Assembly (NCBI RefSeq): GCF_028641065.1
Contig: NC_073399.1
Location: 20,336,001-20,400,000 of the forward strand
Direction: 5' to 3'
DNA: 64,000 nucleotides
DNA from: Leucoraja erinacea
Taxonomy: Eukaryota
Below the pieces are notes generated by a model. It worked only from the letters and a program-made list of their open reading frames with translations, had not been told where the DNA came from and did not search any database. This document shows, piece after piece, positions 35,101 to 50,240 of the stretch (position 1 is its first letter; every line of letters starts with the position of its first letter). Made by a program: the position numbers and the translations under genes.

Positions 35101-37563
35101 AACGTCCTTTAATTCTAAGCCTATGACCTCTAGTCCTAGACTCTCCCACTGGTGGAAACATCCTCTCAACATCCAATGGGACGAACTAGTTGAAGTGGTG
35201 AATTTGAAATGTTCGAAAGTCTTTGTCAAGGTTCTACACAAGAGATTATCCAACAAAGTTAGAGGACACGAGTTTTCTGAATCTTTTGTGAATACAGACA
35301 AAACATTTGTTTCATTTCTCTTGTCATTTCCAACCCAGGGTCGTGGGGGGGGGGGGGGGAGACGGGGAAAGATGAAACTGGTCCTAGATACCCGATTGCA
35401 CAGAGGCATTGGCTGGTGGTTGTGGAGAACGTGTTCAGTAGAGGAAGTGGAGAAACTGGTGCGCTGTTACACGTGTGTGCGCACGCATGCATGCAGCCAA
35501 GAGTGGAACTCACTATCAAAACATGGAGGGGACGAGGGACACAATTTTTTGACGGCCGCGCGCGCATTCGCACTCACAGACGCGTGCGAGGCTTCGGAGG
35601 CTCAATCCAGCGCTAAATGCAGCTCAACTCTGCCTGTCTCACCCGGTTAACTACAGCCCTGGCTGGACTGACGGGATACCAGCGCTGCTTCTCCGCGCTG
35701 GCCATATTTTCCGCAAGCCTAGGCAGGTTAATCTGGCGGGGATGTCGTCCACCTCTCAAAACATGTGGGGGACATGTCCCCTCTGCCCCCCCCGGGTTTT
35801 CCGCCCCTGCATGCAGCTGCTTACAGTCCTTGAATCCATTCAACAAGTGTCCGGCCCAAAGATACAAGTGAGAGCACACCAAGCAGTAACAGTAACATTG
35901 TTTTTTAATGTCCAAATGACAAAAGGAAAAGTTTAGTATCTCATTTGAAAATTACATTTTTTTAAGTTAAAAAATGCATACATTTTGGCACTTCTCATTT
36001 AGAATATGGAGAGGAAGCAGTATTGGTGACAGGGATCCATAACAATCCCAACTCCCATCATCAGCTGATTGGGTTCCATCTGATCAATTCCCAACCCCTC
36101 AACAATCCCAATTCAGACCAAGTGTTTTTCAATCTGGGTACATCACAGTCAACTATACAGATCTCCTACTACCCAGCAGAAACGAGAACCTTGGAATGAA
36201 GAAGACACAGACCCTGGGACTATCTCTGCCCTTAGCCTTTCCCTTCATTTTGTTCTGCATTATATAGCCATCAGCATAGTTACAGAAAATATGTTTTGTT
36301 CTTCAACCTGTGGTCCACTGAGAATTAAGGCCCTGGACTCCATTACATACCCGATGTCACCCACCATCTCCCCATTGAGGAGAAGAAACCAATATTCCTT
36401 TAAGAATTATGTTGAGAGATGCCAGTCCAGCGAATGGGTCCATCCAAGTTTCAGAACCTCTATCGTGCCTCATGTGGGTGAAGTCACCAGATATCACCAC
36501 AGGCTCAGAACAGAGAAAATGAGATACTCCCTGACATCTGGGATATCCAATTCCATGAAACTAATGCAGGCTTGTGGATCTGAAACTGTAGTTGGTAGCA
36601 CCACACAGCAGAATAGTTAGTTGAGCTCTGAAGACAAATTATACAGGAGTTTCCACAACCAACACAGATGAAGTACTGTGAAACAAGAGGTCAGCAGTTG
36701 GTTAGGCTCCGTTTTAGTGCAGGCCTTCTCCAAAGATAGCACACCAATCCCTCAGGCAGAGATAGGCAGCACATTAATATAATACTGACTATTTAACTAT
36801 TGCACATTAAGCAAAATAGAAACCCCAGCAGCAGCAACACTGGCCCAGATGGAGAGGGCAGTAGCAGGATCTCTGGCCGATTTACTTCAAGGTCAAACAC
36901 TCAATCTGGGCTCATCCAGAGGCATCACCCAGAGGAATGGCTGCATTTCAGCAACTTCAGGAGGGGAAATACAAGACTGGAGAGAGGTGATGGGCCATGA
37001 CATCTCATTATATAAAAGTCTGGTAAAGCACATCTGAAAACAAATATCTATGTATCAGGAGTGGGCAAGAATCTCGTCAAACGCCATTTTAGTGCTTATC
37101 TCTCCCATATCAACAGATACTTACATTTCTTAAAGCAATTACATTATTGCATATTGTCCCTAACACCCCAGCCCAATAAGAGTCATTTATGAGGAGGCCT
37201 GGTCTAACAAATGCACCACCACCCATCGTACCCCTGGCCCCAGGACGCAGTCAGTCCGCTTGCGCAGTCTTGCCTTGGTGTTGTCAACCCCAACAGCAAC
37301 AGAATACGGTGTAAAGTGTCATTGAACCTGTGGTACGTTTCAATGAAGTTCTCTCCAGCCTCCCGGCTCAACTTTAGAACATAAGACAAGCGTGTGCCGC
37401 GGTGGATCAGCCACAGTCCGGGGGAGCAGCCAGTGAAGGGGACCCAGGAGAACAACAAGCCATCGACCCCTCGGCCTGGCTGCAAAGAATGGATATCTCA
37501 TTTGCACAAAGACCCAGAGAGATCCGTCAGCGCTCCTCCCACTGACGGCGCTGGGCGAGCAGC

Positions 37564-38625
<1,062 letters not shown>

Positions 38626-40137
38626 TCAAACTTCCCTACGAGTACAATTCACCCGCAAAACTTCCGATCCCTTACCTTGTGCTCTCTAGTTGTAAACATC
38701 AACAATTAATCAATCTATGCCTGTCATATTTTCTTGCCTGTGCGAAGAAAACAACCCAGTCTATCCATTCTCTCCTCATAACAGAAACACTGTATTCCAT
38801 TGACACTCGTGTGAATCTCCTCTGCACTCTCTCCAAATGCAACTACATCCTTCCTATAGTGGAGTGATCAGAACTGTTTACAACACTCCTGTAAAGCAAT
38901 GCTTTAGGTAATTGTATTATAACCCCCCACGCTTAATTTACGACCTTATTAATGAGGTAAGTATCGTGCATGCCTTCTTCGCCAACTTATTGACATGCAC
39001 TGCCACTTTCAACAATCCTTAGACAAGTTTACCTATCTTATCCACCTACTTAACTTCATCTTGTAACCCAAGACTTTGCTCCTCACTGTCAACACAGCAC
39101 CATTTGTCATTTGTAACGTCCTAATATATTTTACGTTCACATCAATGTACATAACATGTGACGAATAAACCCGTATTGTATTGTATTGTACATAACAAAC
39201 TGGAAGGGTGCCAGCACTGATCCCTTTGGCACTAAACTGGTCACTGGTTTCTAATCACAGAAACAATACTTCATTATCATATTTTGCCTCCTACTACAAA
39301 GTCAATTTTACATCAATTTGCCAACTCATCTTCGAACCCATGGGCTCTAACTTTTTGCACCAGTCTCGCATCTGGGAACACATCAAAGCAGTTTTCATAA
39401 CGGCTTTCATCAAAATACACAAAATATCGAACACAAAGTGCTGTACTAACTCAGCGGGACAGGCAGCATCTCTAGAGGACATAAAGGCAAACTTCAGTTT
39501 GGGACTTCTTCAGAGTTTGATGTCCTCCAAAGAAGCTGCCTGACCTGCTGAGTTAGTCCAGCACTGTTCTGCACAAGATTCCAGCATCTGCAGTTCCATG
39601 TGTCTACAGTTTTTTTTACCTCCTCAAAATCCCCGTCTAAGCGGTCAGATTAATATTAACCACTTGTGCCGAATTTATTCCTCATTTGGGTTGTCTTTGC
39701 CAATAAACTCATATCCTTTTTCTTGAAGACCACAATCAGGTTGGTCAGGTATAATTTAGGCTCAACTAATTCATGCTTACTGCCTCTTTTCAACTGATGC
39801 TTCTAATTATCCTTGATAATGGTGTCTTGTAATTTTCCCAGCACTGGTATTAAACTAACTGGCCTCCAGTTACCATGTTATTCATTTTTTCTTTTTTGAA
39901 AAGGTATAAATTTGCATAACTCAAATTCTCCGACGGCAAGCCCAGATTAAGAGAGAACTGAGAGATGGTTCAGAGTTTTGTCCATTTCTATTCTCAACAA
40001 TGCAGCTCACTTGGAAAGGTTAATTTTGAGTGTTGCTTTTCTATTATCACCGGTTTGCTTTCTTATCCATACAACACCTTGTCACACCTTCACTGCAACA
40101 TTAACTTTACTCTCATTTGTGAATACACGCACAAGAT

Positions 40138-40450
40138 TTAGTTTAGTTTAGACACAGCACGGAAACAGGCCCTTCGGCCCACCGAGTTGACACCAACCAG
40201 CGATCCCAGCACATCAACTCTGTCCTACACACATTTGGGACAATTCACACTTATACCAAGCCAATTAACTTACAAACCTGTACGTCTTTGGAGTGTGGGA
40301 GAAAACCGGAGATCTCTGAGAAAACCCATGTGGTCATGGGGAGAACATACAAACACCGCACAGACAACATCCGTAGTCACGATCGGACCCGGGTCTCTGG
40401 CGCTCCAATCGCTGTAAGGCAGCAACTCTACTGCTGCACCACCGTGCCGC
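40138..40450 (-). mobile_element. HE1/V-SINE-like tRNA-derived SINE (representative copy)
   Basis: Head GGCACGGTGGTGCAGCAGTAGAGTTGCTGCC...GACCCGGGTCCGATC with A/B-box-like motifs, a central TGTATGTTCTCCCC..TGGGTTTT core, and a CR1-type tail GGGCCGAAGGGCCTGTTTCCGTGCTGT(CTAAA)n. Other copies at ~19330-19550(-), 23966-24265(-), 33580-33880(+), 59750-60010(+), 61870-62170(-) and 62780-62990(-). Confidence 0.8.
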
Positions 40451-42190
40451 ATATGCTCAATCTACAGGTTTTCTGGCTTTGGTTCTTATAAGCACCACCA
40501 TTCCTTAAAAAAATCCAACTTTTTTTGTTAATGATTAGCAGCTAATGTAAATCGCCAAATCTCTGGTTGAACTTGTTATATTTATTTTCTATTCCCCCAT
40601 TCTCCCTGCACTGCTTAATTTTCTCTCGTATTCCTTGGTTAATCTTTCCTCCAAACCTTCACGTTTTTCTTATTAGTTGGGTAATGTAGCTCAATGTCCA
40701 ACACTAGGCCGTGTCTGGAAAACTAGCTTTGAGGAAAGACTGGATAAATTTGGATTGTTTTCTAGCAGTGGAGACGACTGAGAGGAGACATATATATAAT
40801 TATATAAAGATATACATATAATTATGCGCATAATTAGTAGGAAAGAAAAGGGTTTAAAAAAAACCGGGGTATTAATAGGATTAGAGTAAATGATTTGTGC
40901 GGACTTGAAGGACCACGTGCAAAACTTGCTGCCTGAACGAGCAGATGCAGAGGCTATCATATTTAAGCAGTACTGGGTGGATACATGAAAAGCCATGACA
41001 GGATTGTTAAACTTGGAGGGCACTTTGTTGACATGAACCAAATGGGCTTCTGTGTCCCAAAATTTTAGATGTTTCTCTGACATTTGAGTGTTTTTGGAAA
41101 GTGGTTACAGGACAGGCACCAAAGAGTTTACTTTGTCCATCCTCACACCATCTTTACCTCGCTCCCCCACTTCCATAACCATTAATACTCTCCATGCCTC
41201 TCAACATTTATAGTATCCTACTCAAATAGCAATTATTTCTTTAAATAGCCCTTGAGTAGTGACAGCTATTCAACTACGTTAGACTCACTTTCCTATTTAT
41301 TTCTCTTCCTCACATTACAAAATTGTCTCAGGAGGAGAGATAGGGAGGGATCATTACTGGCAAAGATCCAGAGATGAATCCTTGGCAATAGTTTCTTGCT
41401 ACTCCCATCTCTCAACCAAATTGTCTTGCTCAGCGTCATGAAAGCGAGCATGGCTTCGGTTTGTAGGCAGGTTTAGGAAGCGCAGAAGTAACCCACTGAG
41501 CAGTTCTTTACAGAGCTCCTTTTTACAGAAGTTCACTTGTAGATTTTAGAATAAAGAACCATAGAACTGTTCATTTGTGTGCTCGTGTGTAGGTCTACCT
41601 AAGCTTGCTTCGATTTACACATGAAGTAATTCGTCACTCCGATATTGCAACAATCTTAAAACATTTGATAGACGTGATACATTACCAATAGGAATGCCAG
41701 GATTCACTGAAACTGTATTGAAAATCCTAGTCACAAACTCAGGCCCAAAGATGTAACTTCAGTTTAATCCGATTTAGAACTGTTTCTAGTAATCTCAGTT
41801 CTTGTTCCTCCAGTTTACATTTCATAGTTCATTTACAGTTAATTTAGATTGTCAAGTCCCAGCATTGGACCACTGCCTGTACAACACATTCTTGAGAGTT
41901 CTGTCTGTAGGTATTTGAGCAGAGTGGGAATCACATTGGAGACTTATTCTGTCACACAGTATCCATAGACCGCCAGCTTCCAACTGCTTCTGATCAACAG
42001 AATGTACATCCGGCTGCCTGTATAACCTTGAGCCCATTGTGCCTATGCTGACCATCAAATTCCCATTTATGCGTCTAAACAAAGGGGTGCTAATGCCGAT
42101 CATTTGCCTCTCTAAAGTATCCCAGAAACCGATCCTGGAACCAAGTAAATCAATTACTGCCTCTACTATATTGCCTTCATCAGAACGTTA

Positions 42191-42361
<171 letters not shown>

Positions 42362-44712
42362 TCAAATCACAGGGCACAAGATGCGGTTACTAAGCCCATC
42401 CACAAATTATCGCCAGTGCAGGTCAGGTGCAAGGTAAAGCTTCCTTTACAATGTCGTACCACCCAATTCTGGGGTGAGAACAACACTTGCATTCTCCACT
42501 TGTTTGCTCTCATCTGACATTTAGATATGACATGCAGTTCACGCTGCCATCTGGTGGCAACAAAGGGTCTCTGAATGTCACTACACAATAAGTCTTTACC
42601 CTTTACCTAGGAGACTTGAGGTGGAGTGTGATACGCAGCAGTGCCGTGCAATAAGTATGTGCAATAGGCTCATTCATGGATTACTTATGTGTCCTGGAGG
42701 ATTCTCAGCTCCACGTATATAATGGATATGGACGTGAGAGGGTATCTGAAGCGGCTGCTCCTCAGGTTCTGGTTGCACTTCAGCCCCACGCTCCTGATCT
42801 TTGGGCAGTGTACAGAGGGGACATCCTCGGTTTGCTCCAGGGATGACCAAGATGGCCATTCACTTGTCCAGGAAGCACATTGGTGATGTGGTATGCCTGA
42901 GCCAATTGCCTGTTCCTGAGTTTAGATCCATGCCAGGATGAATTTTGAGTGACAAAGCTAGTGTCCAATGGCTTTCTGAAACTATGGGCATTGCAAGGGC
43001 TGGAGTACATTCTGGATAATGACAACAGTGGTTTAAATTAACTAAACTGTAATTTAAGTTATTTCAAAACAAACAAACCCCCACAAGAAAAAGATTAGAC
43101 AGAGTAAAGTTCTACACTCCCATTAACATTCTCAGGACAGGCTGTCTGGGACTGCCTTTACCTTAAACCTGGGCCTTGCTCTTGATCTCTGGCCTTGCCT
43201 CAGGATCCTGCTGTGTTCATAGTCCCCTAGATGTTAGGAGATTATGGGGGGGGGGGGGGGGGGGCGGGGGATGAGGGGAACGCTTTCATCCTCTCAGGTT
43301 TTGTGGGTCCCGTTTATATGGGAGTTGCAACTGTTCCCATGGCCTCATAATTATTTAGACATTACATCAAAATATGAGGTCATTGGAATGTTAGAGGTCA
43401 GGGTTATGGCATTAGCCGAGGTGGGGACCCACTGTAACAACCTCCAAAATGAACAGAAAGTCTGTCTTCCTTAGGCACCAATGGGCTTAATTCCTGGCTC
43501 ATAGTTATTTTCCTGCTGTTCAACCACTTTGAGGACATTATGCAGCAGTCGGGTTCATTCAGTGCCCCAGCCTTCAATCCTAGCGAGCTAGTCTACCCCA
43601 ACCTGCTAAGTCTGGGGAAGATAGGGTTCCAATCATGCTCAGTCTTCAGTGAAGAAACTCTATGTCTTCTCCACCCACCACCAGCTTTGCATATGACTGT
43701 CATTAAACGAACAGTAACTGCCATGTCCAGTTCCAGGGCATGGCCTCCCATCGTGGACAGAGCATGGTGACATACATGCAAGGCGGTGGGGCACGTTTAC
43801 AAAAGATATCTCGACCTAAAGGATGCCAATGCCATCACAGCAACCCAGAATGGCGCTGCTGTCCCACCCCTTTACCCCACGGCAGTAGATCCTCCTGCAG
43901 AGTTCAGGCAAATAAAATATGCAGAGGAAATCCAAACTTCCCAAGGCACATTCCATGGTCACTAAGGAGTAGCCCAAGATCAAGCTCAGCCTTAGCCTTA
44001 GGCCTGACCCTTGGGAGCCCAATGTTCCAAGGTAGTCAGTGGAAGAACAGGTTTGAGGAGGTTGAGAATTTGTCTGTGATGGCAGGGCTCTGAATCCCCA
44101 GGTAGAGGGCCTGTCAGTGTAGGGGCCACCTGATGAAGGCAGGTGATGTTCTGATGTGGATCCCTGGCCATCCACCACATTATCATGAGCTCCAGAGGCA
44201 GTTTTGATTGTATGGGGAATGCAGAAATCACCATGAATCCATCCCCTCCTGCGGGATGAAGCACGGCTGCTCCGGTGGCGGGAAGTCTGTGAATCCCTCA
44301 AGGCTGTTTCCTTCTGCCGTTGATTCGGCTGCTCCAAGTGAAGGGAAGGACGTGTCTGGAAGGATGAGTCCCAATAGTTGAATACTGTGCACGTACTGTC
44401 CAATCCAGCAGAAGCTAAATCAAACAAAAATAATGTATCTAGTTTCCTGACTGCTGGAATGTTGGTGCCGTAGTATGGAGAGGGTTGACCTTCTCCAAGT
44501 CTTAGAACATAGAAATAGGCCCTTCAGCCCAAGCCAACCATCAACCCCTCATTTACTCTAATCCCACTTTATTTCCTCCACGTTCTCATGAACACCTTCC
44601 AAATTCTCCCATTCACCTATACACTCAGGGCAATTTACAACAGCCAATTAACCGGTCAACCAGAAATCTTTGGGAGATTACTGGTTAACTAGCAAGTTCT
44701 CAGGTACATAGT

Positions 44713-44899
44713 GACACAGACAGTTCCTGTAATTTTTACATGGTGAAACCAAAATGTATAAAAATGGCCTTTATCATAATCTGACAATGTGCACTTTAAC
44801 CACATGCGATTTTTTTTCTATTGTAAATCTCAAATTGTGGAGTAGAGGCAAATAAATAAATGATGGGTCTTGGTCCCAAACATTATGGAGGTCAGTGTA
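44713..44899 (+). mobile_element. Tc1/mariner-type terminal fragment
   Basis: AT-rich fragment ending ...CCCAAACATTATGGAGGTCAGTG|TA, resembling a Tc1 right end plus TA target. Confidence 0.5.
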
Positions 44900-45884
44900 G
44901 ATACATCACAAACAGAATTCTCCATCTCTCTTCCCCCCCCAACCCCCCCTTGTTCCAATTTCCCTCAATACCCTATCAACCAGATGGCTTGATCAACAAG
45001 GCTATCCTGATCTGGCCACAGAGACAGAGACATTCTCTTTGTTTTATCCAAACAGTCTTCATCCACTCTGCAAGTTGTTTTCTCTCTTTTTTAGTCCTGC
45101 CAAAGGGACTCCCACTTGAAACTCTGCTTCTCGTTTCACAGATGCTGACTGAGTGGTTCAATTTTTATTGCACCAGAGGGTTTTGTGAGGTTCAGATGAA
45201 TGATGTTGGAGGAACTGACTGGATGTCCTACGAGAGTCAGGTACTAGGGACACTCGGGATGGTCGCACAGCTTTCTGAGACATTGCAGGGTGACTGCAGA
45301 GGTTCTTTGGAAACCCGAGAGATTGGAGAGCGGTCTCACTCATGATACAGGAGGTCACCATTCTACTGCTTAATAGAAGAGGGTCACCCTTCTCCGCATG
45401 GTTTGCAAGATGTTTAGCTGGTCCATCCACCTTTGCTTTTGGAGAGGAGGATGTCAGGGGTGTCCACTAATCAGCTATTTGCATGGATCTGGTCCTGTGA
45501 CCTCTCATTTTGAGACTGACAGTTTTAGCTCCATGCTGAGCACACATGTTGGCCTCCCAGCTTATACCAATTGCACGCTTATGATCTCCTTGACATACCA
45601 AGGGTGCATGAGTGCCAAGTCTTTCTTTGCGGCATTTTCTGCAAGGATCAGTGCGGAGAAATGTTTCAGATTCCCAATAAGTAAGTGGCTGGTTGACTCC
45701 ATACCAAAGGAAGGGAGACTTCCTGTGGGACCAACTTCCTGGTTGCAAAGAATTTCACTGTGACTTGTCACATGTGACAATAAAGCATTCATTCACTCAT
45801 AATATTCACTTACTTTCCTTTATTAATGGAGAAGATGTTTCTTTAATAGACAGTGAAAGTCTTTTCTGCAAGTGGGATGAGCTA

Positions 45885-46064
<180 letters not shown>

Positions 46065-49000
46065 CTACGAGACAAAAGTGACATGCAACAAACTAAATTC
46101 AACAGCAGAACTAGCTTGAGCCACTGGATGCACAGTTGTGTTCTGAAGGAATTCCCAACCTGATTTGATCAAAAACTACAGTCGGGCACGGATCTGGAGA
46201 ATTTTGCCCCTCTCACTAGCTCAGGAACCCAGGCTAATTATTGAACCTCATGCTACAGGCCAAGATCACTGGGCCCAGTGCACGAAAGTCAATCTGGGCA
46301 GCAGTGTATTATCTTTTACAGCCTAAAACAATGGTAGACAGATCTTTGTTGTCAGAGAATGGTTGTTTGGTTACAGAAATTATCCAATGTGGGTTCACCA
46401 TGAGCAGGTGACAGAATGTGGATATCTTCATCCCCAAGGGTACTGCAGCCAAACCAATGAAAAACGAATAATAAAACACCAAAAGCCCCACCTATGTGAC
46501 TTCTGACTATGTTCGGTTCTTGATCGAACCTGCAAATTGTTCTGTTTCATGCCTATATCCAATTCCATGGTGGATTGCTATAAACTCTGTTTCCAGCAAT
46601 CTTTCAAATTGTGCATACTCTACCAGAATGACATTCTAACCTTCAAGAGTAGCCTATCAAGCAGGACTTTATCAAAGGCCTTGCTAAAGTCGATACGATA
46701 AAACTTTATTCATCCCCAGAGGGAAATTGGCCTGCCAACAGTCATGACTCACAAGGTACACAAAAACTTGAAATTAAAAGTGAAAACAAAAGAAAAAGAC
46801 AAGTGACTGGTGACTGGCTGCCATGTGCACAGCGCCTTCACCGGAACAAATGAAGAAACAAACAAACACAGATCCACCCCCCCCCCCCCCCCCCCCCACC
46901 ATGCTGGGTTCCCCAGCATGCTTCACGGCAGTCCCCCCACGTCCATATAGACAACATCACTGCCCTGCCCTCATCAATCCTCTCACGTCTTTTAAACGGT
47001 GTAATTGTAATCGCTTCTATAGCTTTCTCTGGCAACTCACTCTAGACTAACCCCCGAGTACAAAATCTGCCTGAGTGAAAATCTCTTACCTTAAACATAT
47101 GCTCTCTTGTTTTAGAATCCTCTACTCTGAGAAAAAGACTAAACATTTATTTTATCTTTGGACCTCGTGATTTGTACATCTCAATATGGTTACCCTTTAG
47201 TCCCCTACGATGAAAAGAGAAAAGTCCCAATTTATCCAGCTTCTCCCTACAACTGAAGCCTAAGATAGTGAATCTCTTCCTTTCGGCTTGTTGACATCTT
47301 TCCTATAGCTGTGCGATCAGAATTGCACACTACTTCAAGTGTGGTCTTACCAACAACTTACACGGCTGCATTATGATGTGCCAACATTTGTACTCAATAG
47401 CCTTCCTAATGAAGGCAGGCACATTCCTTCTTCACCACACTGTTTACCCAACTCACCACTTTCAAGGAACCATACACCTCTACTCCCAGATCTCTCTGTT
47501 CTGCAACACTCTCCATGGGCCTACCATTTACTGTGCACATCCTGTCCTGGTTTGACATACCAACGTGCAACATCTCATACTTGTCAGCATAGATTCCATT
47601 TGCCATTTCATGAATCACCTTCCAATTGATCTAGATCCTATTGTAAACTTAGATATCCTTCCTCACGTTGAAGAGGATTCACCTAAACATCTACAGGTGC
47701 ACGGTAGAGAGCATTCTGACTGGTTGCATGGCCTGGTTCGGCCACGATGCAACGGTTCAGGAGCGAAAAAGACTACAAACAGTTGTGACCACTACCCAGT
47801 TCATCACCGGCTTTGACCTCCCCACCATCGAAGGGATCTATCGTAGTCACTGCCTCAAAAAGGCAGCCAAAACCCACACCATCCTGGCCACACACTCATC
47901 TCACCATTGCCATCAGGAAAAAGGTAGAGGAGCCTGAAAACTGTAACGTCCAGGTTCAGGAACAGCTGCTTCCCTTCAACCATCAGGCTATTAAACATAC
48001 CAACAAATAAGCTCTGAATTGCAAAAGACTATTATTATTGCACTACATTTGTTATTTATTGAACTTTTTCTTTTTTTTCTCTTTCCCCTATTATGTACTA
48101 TGTTTACATATTCACGTATTCTGTTGTGCTGCAGCAAGTAAGAATTTAATTGTCCCATCCGGGACCTATGACAATAAAACACTCTTGACTTGACTCTTGA
48201 CTCACTGTCTACTATACCACCAATGTTGGGTTCATCTGCAGGTTTACTTACATTGTAAACAATATTGTCATCCAAATCAGTAATGTAGATAACAAACAGT
48301 AGTAGACCCAGTACCAAATCCTACAGCACTCCACTGGTCACAAGTCTCCAATAACAAAAAAAACAACCCCCCACAACTGTACTTTGAATCCAATTGGCTA
48401 GATCACCTTGATGTGTAAAACTTTGCAGAGTAGTCCTGATACAACATTCACTGCCCTGCCCTCATCAATCTTCATGGTGACCTCTCTCATTTTCAAATAT
48501 CATGGGTTCTTCTCTACCCACTTCACGAGGCCGACTTTGCTTCCGTTTAATATTTCAGTCAGTCACACAACATAAACATACCCTTCAGCCCACCATGCTG
48601 ACCATTAACTATACTTTCTGTTACCAATCCCATTTTTCAGACCTGGTCTGCAGTCTTCTGTTATGACAATTTATGTGCTCATCTGGATAGTTAAATGTTC
48701 AGTACTTGCTTTTACCACCCACTCCAACTGCAATTCAAATTCTAACCAGTTTCCAGATAAAAAAAATAAATGATTCCTTAACTGTCCTGTACATTTCCTA
48801 CCCCTTAAACCAACACTCTCTCGTTATCGTAATCTAGACTATGGGGAATAATTTCCTCCCTCAAAATATCAGTCTTATAATTTTGTATAATCGGGTCCTC
48901 AATCAGCCTCCTCTGCTCCAGTCTCTCATTACTGAAATACTCCATCCCAGGAACATTCTCCTTCACAACTTCTCTGGTGCAATCAAATGCTTCTTAAAAT

Positions 49001-49697
49001 GTTGTCCTGAGAACTATATACAGTGCTTTGGCTGTGGCCTAACCAATGTTTTATAAAATTCTTAGCCTCACATTCTATGCTTGGCTAATGAAGGCAAGTA
49101 TCCCATATGCCTTCTTCATCAGTTTATCCACCTTCAGGGATTGTTAGACTTATACACCAAGATCACTCTATTCTTCAGTACTTCCAAGGCTAGACCATTC
49201 ACTATTTATGTCTTAAAAATCCTCACAAAATGCATGACATACACTGTTAAAGTTTAGGTTCCATGTGCTATGACCTAGTCCATTGTATCCACTCATTAAT
49301 ATTATTCTATAAATTACCATAAATCAACCACCACTATTTGTGTTCATCTGCAAACTTACAAAACATGCCTCATAAGGTCATAAGGAATAGTAGTAGGATT
49401 AGGCCATTCAGCCCATCAAGTCTAATCTGCCATTCAATCGTGGCTGATCTATCTCTCCCTCCTAACCCCATTCTCCTGCCTTTCCCCCATAACCTCTGAC
49501 AACTGTACTGATCAAGAATCTATCTTTGCCTTAAAAATATCCACTGACAGCCTCCACAGCCTTTTATAATGAAGAATTCCACAGATTCACCACCCTCTGA
49601 CTAAAGAGATTTCTCCACATCTCTGTCCTAAAAGAACATCCTTTAATTCTGAGGCAATGACCTCTAGTCCTAGACTCTCCCCCCCCCCCCCCCCCCC

Positions 49698-50240
49698 GAC
49701 TCCATCCAAGGACCCAAACAGTCTGTCCAGGTGAGGCAGAGGTTCACCTGCACCTCCTCCAACCTCATCCACTGCTCTAGGTGTCAACTGCTCTACATCG
49801 GTGAGACCAAGCGCAGGCTTGGCGATCACTTCGCCCAACACCTCCACACAGTTCGCATTAACCAACCTGATCTCCCGGTGGCTCAGCACTTCAACTCCCC
49901 CTCCCATTCCGAAACCGACCTTTCTGTCCTGAGCCACCTCCATGGCCAGAGTGAGTCCCACGGCACATTGGAGGAGCAGCACCTCCTATTTCGCTTGGGT
50001 AGTTTACACCCCAGCGGTATGAACATTGACTTCTCCAATTTCAGGTAGTCCTTGCTTTCTCCCTCCTTCCCCTCCCAGCTCTCCCACAGCCCACTGTCTC
50101 CGCCTCTTCCTTTCTTCTTCCCGCCCCCCCCACTCCCACATCAGTCTGAAGAAGGGTCTCGACCCGAAACGTAACCTATTCCTTCGCTCCATAGATGCTG
50201 CCTCACCCGCTGAGTTTCACCAGCATTTTTGTCTACCTTC
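49698..50240 (+). mobile_element. Penelope-like element 3' fragment (GIY-YIG endonuclease + pLTR with hammerhead-like core)
   Basis: ORF 49731-50048 reads QRFTCTSSNLIHCSRCQLLYIGETKRRLGDHFAQHL...PVAQHFN...LGSLHPSGMN, a PLE GIY-YIG domain. It is followed by CTGAAGAAGGGTCTCGACCCGAAACGTA. Confidence 0.9.
50140..50180 (+). ncRNA. Putative minimal type I hammerhead ribozyme core (Penelope-associated)
   Basis: CUGAAGA (50146-50152), helix II GGGU/ACCC, GAAAC (50166-50170), then GUA. Helix III is minimal (palindromic ACGU) and helix I is weak by eye. Confidence 0.5.

Noticed and set aside
43816-44427. 203-aa ORF in CDR2L intron 3
   Set aside because: It has a non-ATG start and no recognisable motif, and it is not needed for the CDR2L reading frame. 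It is probably old repeat or chance; a BLASTp/tBLASTn search would settle it.
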